A stretch of DNA of 63,697 bases, filler included, from Lenisia limosa (taxonomy: Eukaryota; Protista; Breviatea): NCBI GenBank assembly GCA_001655205.1. It is 18 parts of 18 records of this genome, joined end to end, with 100 filler letters (N's around TTAATTAATTAA, not from the genome) between each part and the next. Parts side by side here need not be neighbours in the genome. Positions count along the whole stretch, not along the records: positions 58,843 to 60,984 come from LPNZ01003952.1; positions 61,085 to 62,310 come from LPNZ01000531.1; positions 62,411 to 63,697 come from LPNZ01003965.1; 15 more parts are not named here. One strand, given 5' to 3'. A program made the position numbers and the translations under genes. Each line of letters opens with the position of its first letter. Positions within the stretch are counted from its first letter, which is position 1. Positions 59,074 to 63,697 of the stretch are shown in pieces. A model generated the notes under the pieces. That model saw only the letters and a list, made by a program, of their open reading frames with translations, was not told where the DNA came from and did not search any database.

Positions 59074-60430
59074 CGTGCAGCTGCTGCATCTGCTGAAGCT
59101 GGAAGTGGTGCTGTTGTAAAGCGGCCTGGTAATTCAGCATCTGCTTTTGGTACCCAATGACATGCGCTTTCTACTGGGTCAGAGGAACCGTAGAGGGCTG
59201 TAAATGTGTTTTGAACGTGAGTGGGTGGACAGCTTAGATGAAACACGCAGGGATATATTACAATTTCTCATACTAGCAAAATATGTTACCCTCATCAAAC
59301 GACCCACCAACCCTCTGTTCCTCCTTCTCCTCCTTGATGAGTTCAACATCAACGTCATCGTCATTTTCCTCATGAATTACTTGGTTTTTAGGCCTGCGGT
59401 CGTAATTGTTACGTTTTGCCACCAAGATCCGGTCATCATCATCCTCCTCCTCAGGATTATGGTATTTCCTGTGAGGGGGGGGGGGAGTAAAATTGGAAAA
59501 TTTATGAAAAAAAAAAAAANNNNNNNNNNNNNNNNNNNNNNNNNNNNNNNNNNNNNNNNNNNNNNNNNNNNNNNNNNNTTGGCTGATAACACGCAAGGGT
59601 TGATAACAACAAAAAAAAAACAAAGCCCAGGTCAGTCGCTTCTGCAGCACCGCATCCCACCACCTTAATGAGCATTGATGATGCCTTTTACCCCCATAAA
59701 ATATCCCATAACACACCGCAGCAAATATCCCACAACACCGCCAGCAAATATACCATAATACACCGCCCACCTCGGCCGTCCCCTCGGTTTCTTGATGAAC
59801 ATGGTGATGGTGTCGTCGAGGTCAGGCCGGTCAGGGGAGGGAGACGACCGTTTGCCGTATCGACTATTTGTCCGTCGGCTCCGCGGCTTGACGGGAAGTT
59901 CGGCTATGACCTTCGGCGGTCTACCACGTGTACCTAGGGGGGGTGAAATTGGACAATTTATGAAACACAAAAAGCCCAAATCAGCTCTGTTGGCTGACAC
60001 CTAAGGGGTGTCATTTTGGGGGGTAACTTTTACTGCTGATCTTGGATGTTGGGGATTGCCACAATTAAGTTATGCGATTGTCACTATCTTTGTAAACTTT
60101 CACAGCGAGATTGCTATTTAAGGCTTTCACGCGCACCAGGGAGTTGGTGACAATCATGCGAATCATGGGGAATATATAGCATTGTGTGAAATAATAAGGT
60201 TGCATCTGGCCGAAGCTGTCCACACCATTACGCTTACAAGAGATACTAGAGTACAGTATAATATTAATGCACCCAATCATTTGCCAACTTTCATATTTGA
60301 AGATATGGTACATAATGAACAAAAGGAATAATAAAGAGAGTAACAATGGCATGCACCTACCGGTGGAGGGAGCAGGGGGTGGCGCTGAGGGGCTGACACG
60401 GCGAGGCGGCCTTGGCTGCGATTCCGTCAC
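59074..60430 (-). CDS. AT-hook-containing low-complexity nuclear protein (multi-exon, partial)
   Basis: GTRGRPPK and KKPRGRPR|KYH, the second AT-hook being completed only by splicing intron 59469-59770; an acidic exon, then a Gln-rich exon KQMLNYQAALQQHHFQLQQMQQLH. Confidence 0.65.
59469..60001 (-). mobile_element. Two family C copies ending at successive acceptors (59469-59665 and 59934-60001)
   Basis: GGGATGCGGTGCTGCAGAAGCGACTGACCTGGGCTTTG...AAATTTTCCAATTTTACTCCCCCCCCCTCACAG|G and ...TTTCATAAATTGTCCAATTTCACCCCCCCTAG|G. Confidence 0.8.
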
Positions 60431-60464
60431 ATACTCGGGGAAATCTCGGAAGAGCTATAGGTGT

Positions 60465-60595
60465 CAACTACCAAATATGGAAACAGCCCAATAAGGCAAC
60501 TACCAAATATGGAAACAGCCTAATAGGGCAACTACCTAATAAGGAAACTGCCCAATAAAGCAACTACCAAATATGGAAACAGCCCATAAGACAAC
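60465..60595. repeat. 32-bp minisatellite, 4 copies
   Basis: CAACTACCAAATATGGAAACAGCCCAATAAGG-like units. Confidence 0.85.
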
Positions 60596-61542
60596 TGTTA
60601 AATGAAACCGCGAAAAAGAGGCCCACCTGTTGGATAGTTGTGATGTTCAGTTTGAATCGTTCAGCAGCGTTGCGGAGGAGGGGATGCTGCAGGAACCTCC
60701 CAAGCCACAGGTCAATGAGGGAAAGCGCTGATAAGCCCTGGGATGGTGAGGAATGTTAGGCTTAATTTGAAAGATAATGAGTATTTAGAGAGAATGCAAT
60801 AAAAGGTTGAGTCATTATTTGACTCTAGTTATCTGAAAAAGTTTTCCAATCCTCTGAAGTAGGTTTCACTCCTCCAACATAGACCTGTAAAACGATTCGT
60901 ATTTATTGAGTCATCACATAGATTAGTCTTTGACGTGCCCCCCACCCCCCAATGAATAGTCCCCAAGACCCTCTTTCTCTCTCTNNNNNNNNNNNNNNNN
61001 NNNNNNNNNNNNNNNNNNNNNNNNNNNNTTAATTAATTAANNNNNNNNNNNNNNNNNNNNNNNNNNNNNNNNNNNNNNNNNNNNGTATCGGGGTAATTGG
61101 TATTTTCCGTGGTAGTGGATCACATTTCAAATGTGACAGAAATGTGATAGAAATGTGATAGAAATGTGAGGCACAGATGTGATTGTTTAGACGCCAAGTG
61201 GGATCGATCATCGTCATGTCACAAACTCTGATCCCCCCTCCCTCCTATTTAAGTTATTTAAGTTCTTCCTGCTGTCTGTAATTTTTAAGTATTATAGTTA
61301 TTTTACGTTATGTATATAAACCTGATTTCTCGACATCTAAATTGTGTGGGAGTAATCCTAGTATCTCAAGTGAATCATAAATGAACAACAATATGTGAAG
61401 GGCGCGAAGGAGGACTGAATAGAAATAGAGAATTTGCCATGAAGCTTAACGACATGCATTATGGATGGCCCAAATCAAAAGGATCCCGAGCGTAAATTTT
61501 CCGACGGTAGAGAAGCCTCACGTAGGAGCCAAACTCCAAGTC

Positions 61543-61672
61543 GGCCTGCGAATGGACTTGGGATTCCCTATTTTGGGTCCCATAAGTTGTTTCAGCCATC
61601 TGACTGACTTCTTCGGATTCCCATGTCAATAATGGGAATCCCCCTTTTCACAAGAATCCATAGTCGGTGCGT
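61543..61672. mobile_element. CACTA-like family D, degenerate copy
   Basis: GCGAATGGACTTGGGATTCCC...CCCATAA...TTTTCACAAGAATCC, homologous to 5604-5743. Confidence 0.55.
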
Positions 61673-62457
61673 CTTTCCTGTTCGGTGTGACATTGACTGT
61701 AGTAGATAGAGAAAAGCCCAGTAACGTTTTTCTGACATTTTTGGAAACGAATGTGCGTTACGTTTACAATGTGTACCACCAAATCGTTGTGCGCCGGGTT
61801 GTGTATGTGGGCCGGTTTGTGTATGTGAGCCGGGTTGTTACTCCTCCCCTTCCACTACCACCGAAAACACCCAACCGCGGATTTGAAATTCCTACTTCGG
61901 GCACCGCCGCATGCTGTTTTCATCCAAACTGCATATGTACCCTGGGATATCTCTCAGAAATGCCAATACATTTTTTAATCAATTATTTGTTGTCTCATCC
62001 CCTCCTGAATGAGTGTGGCCAAGCATTCCTTAAGGAAGGCAGAACAGTCAAGCAGTAAGACGTTTAGAACTTCTCGGAAGCTCTTGTCAGTGTTTGATGC
62101 AAATTTAACAAAGATGTAAACTGCAGCAAGAAGGTATATGTATCGGTTCATGTTGTCTACATTTGTCAAACATTGATCGGAGCAATAAACAAGCTTACAT
62201 GATTACAAGGCTTGTAGGGCTATAGGGCTATAGGGCTATAACAGGAACCTGAATTGACGACATCCTAGTACCGCTCATACCTAAAAGGTGAAACAACAAA
62301 TAAATAAATANNNNNNNNNNNNNNNNNNNNNNNNNNNNNNNNNNNNNNNNNNNNTTAATTAATTAANNNNNNNNNNNNNNNNNNNNNNNNNNNNNNNNNN
62401 NNNNNNNNNNTCACGCTTATAAGAGATATTGGAGTATAATAATTGGGATAACATATA

Positions 62458-62551
62458 TAGGGCTTCCCTGCGAAGACCGTTTAAATATCGATGTTTATCA
62501 AGGATTTGTCGAGAAATTCGGTCATTTTTTTGGGACCGCAGGGAAGCCCTA
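62458..62551. mobile_element. hAT-like MITE (family A)
   Basis: TAGGGCTTCCCTGCG...GGGACCGCAGGGAAGCCCTA; flanks AACATATA / GCCATATA (6/8). Confidence 0.85.
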
Positions 62552-62639
62552 GCCATATATACATGTACATATCATATACACAGATGAATACCATCGATTT
62601 ATCTATATTTCCACTCTATTTGTGGACACTCTTCAGTCA

Positions 62640-62860
62640 TGCAGGACTGACTTGGAGTCCTGACCAGTCCCAAAGCTGACTCTTCAGAATCTCAGCCGAG
62701 CCCGGCGGATACACCAAAAGAGGAAGCCGCACCACCTGCCGACTTGCCTAAAACGGAAACTGCCGACTTACCTAAAACGGAAACTGCAGACTTGCCTAAA
62801 ACGGAAACTGCCGAGCTGTATTCCTCCGTATCCGGAAGCGTGCCCAGGTGCCATGGTGAG
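62640..62860 (+). CDS. Exon with a 24-bp coding tandem repeat (DLPKTETA x3)
   Basis: Open frame SESQPSPADTPKEEAAPPADLPKTETADLPKTETADLPKTETAE; synonymous variation between units; ends near a GTGAG donor. Confidence 0.5.
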
Positions 62861-63574
62861 NNNNNNNNNNNNNNNNNNNNNNNNNNNNNNNNNNNNNNNN
62901 NNNNNNNNNNNNNNNNNNNNNNNNNNNNNNNNNNNNNNNNNNNNNNNNNNNNNNNNNNNNNNNNNNNNNNNNTATAGGGATATGATGAAAAAATAGCCGC
63001 GTTTTTTTAGAGTTATCTCACTTTCTTCACTTGAGTTCTTGCAAACTTACCATATATAGTATGTTGTCTGGTGGAGAGTAGGCTGTGAGGACCCGAGCCC
63101 CCCTGGAACGCTCCAACACAGCCCAGATGGCGAGGTTGGAGAAAGATGAGAACCATTTTGACCATCAATTTAACTCTTTATTGACCCATTAAGGTTGGTA
63201 CAGAGTTCTGGCTTGAGTCAAGCAATCGCCTTGGAGACGCGTGGGAACGGGAGCGGTCGAAGAGCAACAAGGCAAACTGCGCTATTCTGAAGGACAACGC
63301 TTTTGTTGTGCATGAGAAGAAGGTTGGTGGGGGCATGAGAAAAATGTTGGTGGGGGCATAAAATGCTACTTTTGAATTTGTTGTTTGTTTCTTTTACTCT
63401 TAAATATGATGTAATTTCTTTTTTCATACTGTTAAATGAGCTAACTTCTTTATGGACATGACCCACTAACCAAGGCAGATTGAAGGTCGGGCCGGGTTCC
63501 ACATTCGGTCGTTCTTCAATGCGATGCACGCGTCTCTCGACAAAATCGACAAAAGAATCGTGGGGGGGTGAGAT

Positions 63575-63650
63575 TAAGACTTCACTTCGGTTTGAAAAAG
63601 ACCGGATTTATAGAGAAATTCAGTCCTTTTTTGAACCGAGGTGAAGCTCT
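63575..63650. mobile_element. hAT-like MITE (family A), internally deleted
   Basis: GACTTCACTTCGGTTTGAAAAAGACC...GAACCGAGGTGAAGCTC. Confidence 0.75.
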
Positions 63651-63697
63651 TGGTAAGGTTGATAAAATAATAATTGCTGGCGTTGGGGGGGGGGGGG

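Larger units (their letters stand above)
10944..62366. other. 17 artificial scaffold linkers (N-TTAATTAATTAA-N, stop codons in all frames)
   Basis: An identical 12-mer inside about 100 bp of Ns starts at 10944, 15308, 21905, 25496, 30014, 34040, 35236, 37505, 42190, 45262, 47674, 49110, 50825, 57082, 58787, 61029 and 62355. Adjacency across these points is not biological. Confidence 0.95.

Noticed and set aside
62212-62240. (TAGGGCTA)n as a telomeric repeat
   Set aside because: Only three units, internal to a scaffold.
10944-62366. TTAATTAATTAA as a conserved regulatory motif, and ORFs ending in X...LIN
   Set aside because: Always embedded in about 100 Ns at scaffold joins: an artificial linker. 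ORFs spanning N-runs are artefacts.
1-63697. tRNA, rRNA or snRNA genes
   Set aside because: No convincing cloverleaf or U1/U2/U6/5S signature was found by eye; the GGTTCGAA hits belong to MITE family A.

Overview
This is eukaryotic (protist-like), AT-rich, intron-dense draft genome sequence. The window is not one locus: about 18 unlinked scaffolds are joined by an artificial N-TTAATTAATTAA-N spacer (17 copies), and there are many internal N gaps, most next to poly-G/poly-C runs. The ORF track is largely uninformative because genes are split into 50-300 nt exons, so I reconstructed exons by hand. Recognisable genes: an IPT/TIG-domain protein, an RCC1-repeat protein, a bZIP exon, RidA (complete), a divergent dynein heavy-chain C-terminus, the SF3B3 3' end, a NifS/SCLY-type PLP enzyme, an AT-hook protein and a possible very divergent myosin motor. 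The standard genetic code is used (RidA and SF3B3 end in TAA). Mobile DNA is abundant: an intron-containing pogo DD35D transposase, an intron-containing KDZ transposase, about 26 copies of a hAT-like MITE, 7 copies of a TA-flanked Tc1/pogo-like MITE, 3 CACTA-like minis and several foldback elements. The main finding is a ~190-nt repeat family (about 17 copies) that lies almost always in the sense orientation of host genes. Its C-rich end coincides with the 3' splice acceptor, and in two copies it begins with a GTACGC donor. Splicing out these introns restores conserved protein motifs, which points to an introner-like, intron-building element. All protein assignments come from motif recall, not database searches.
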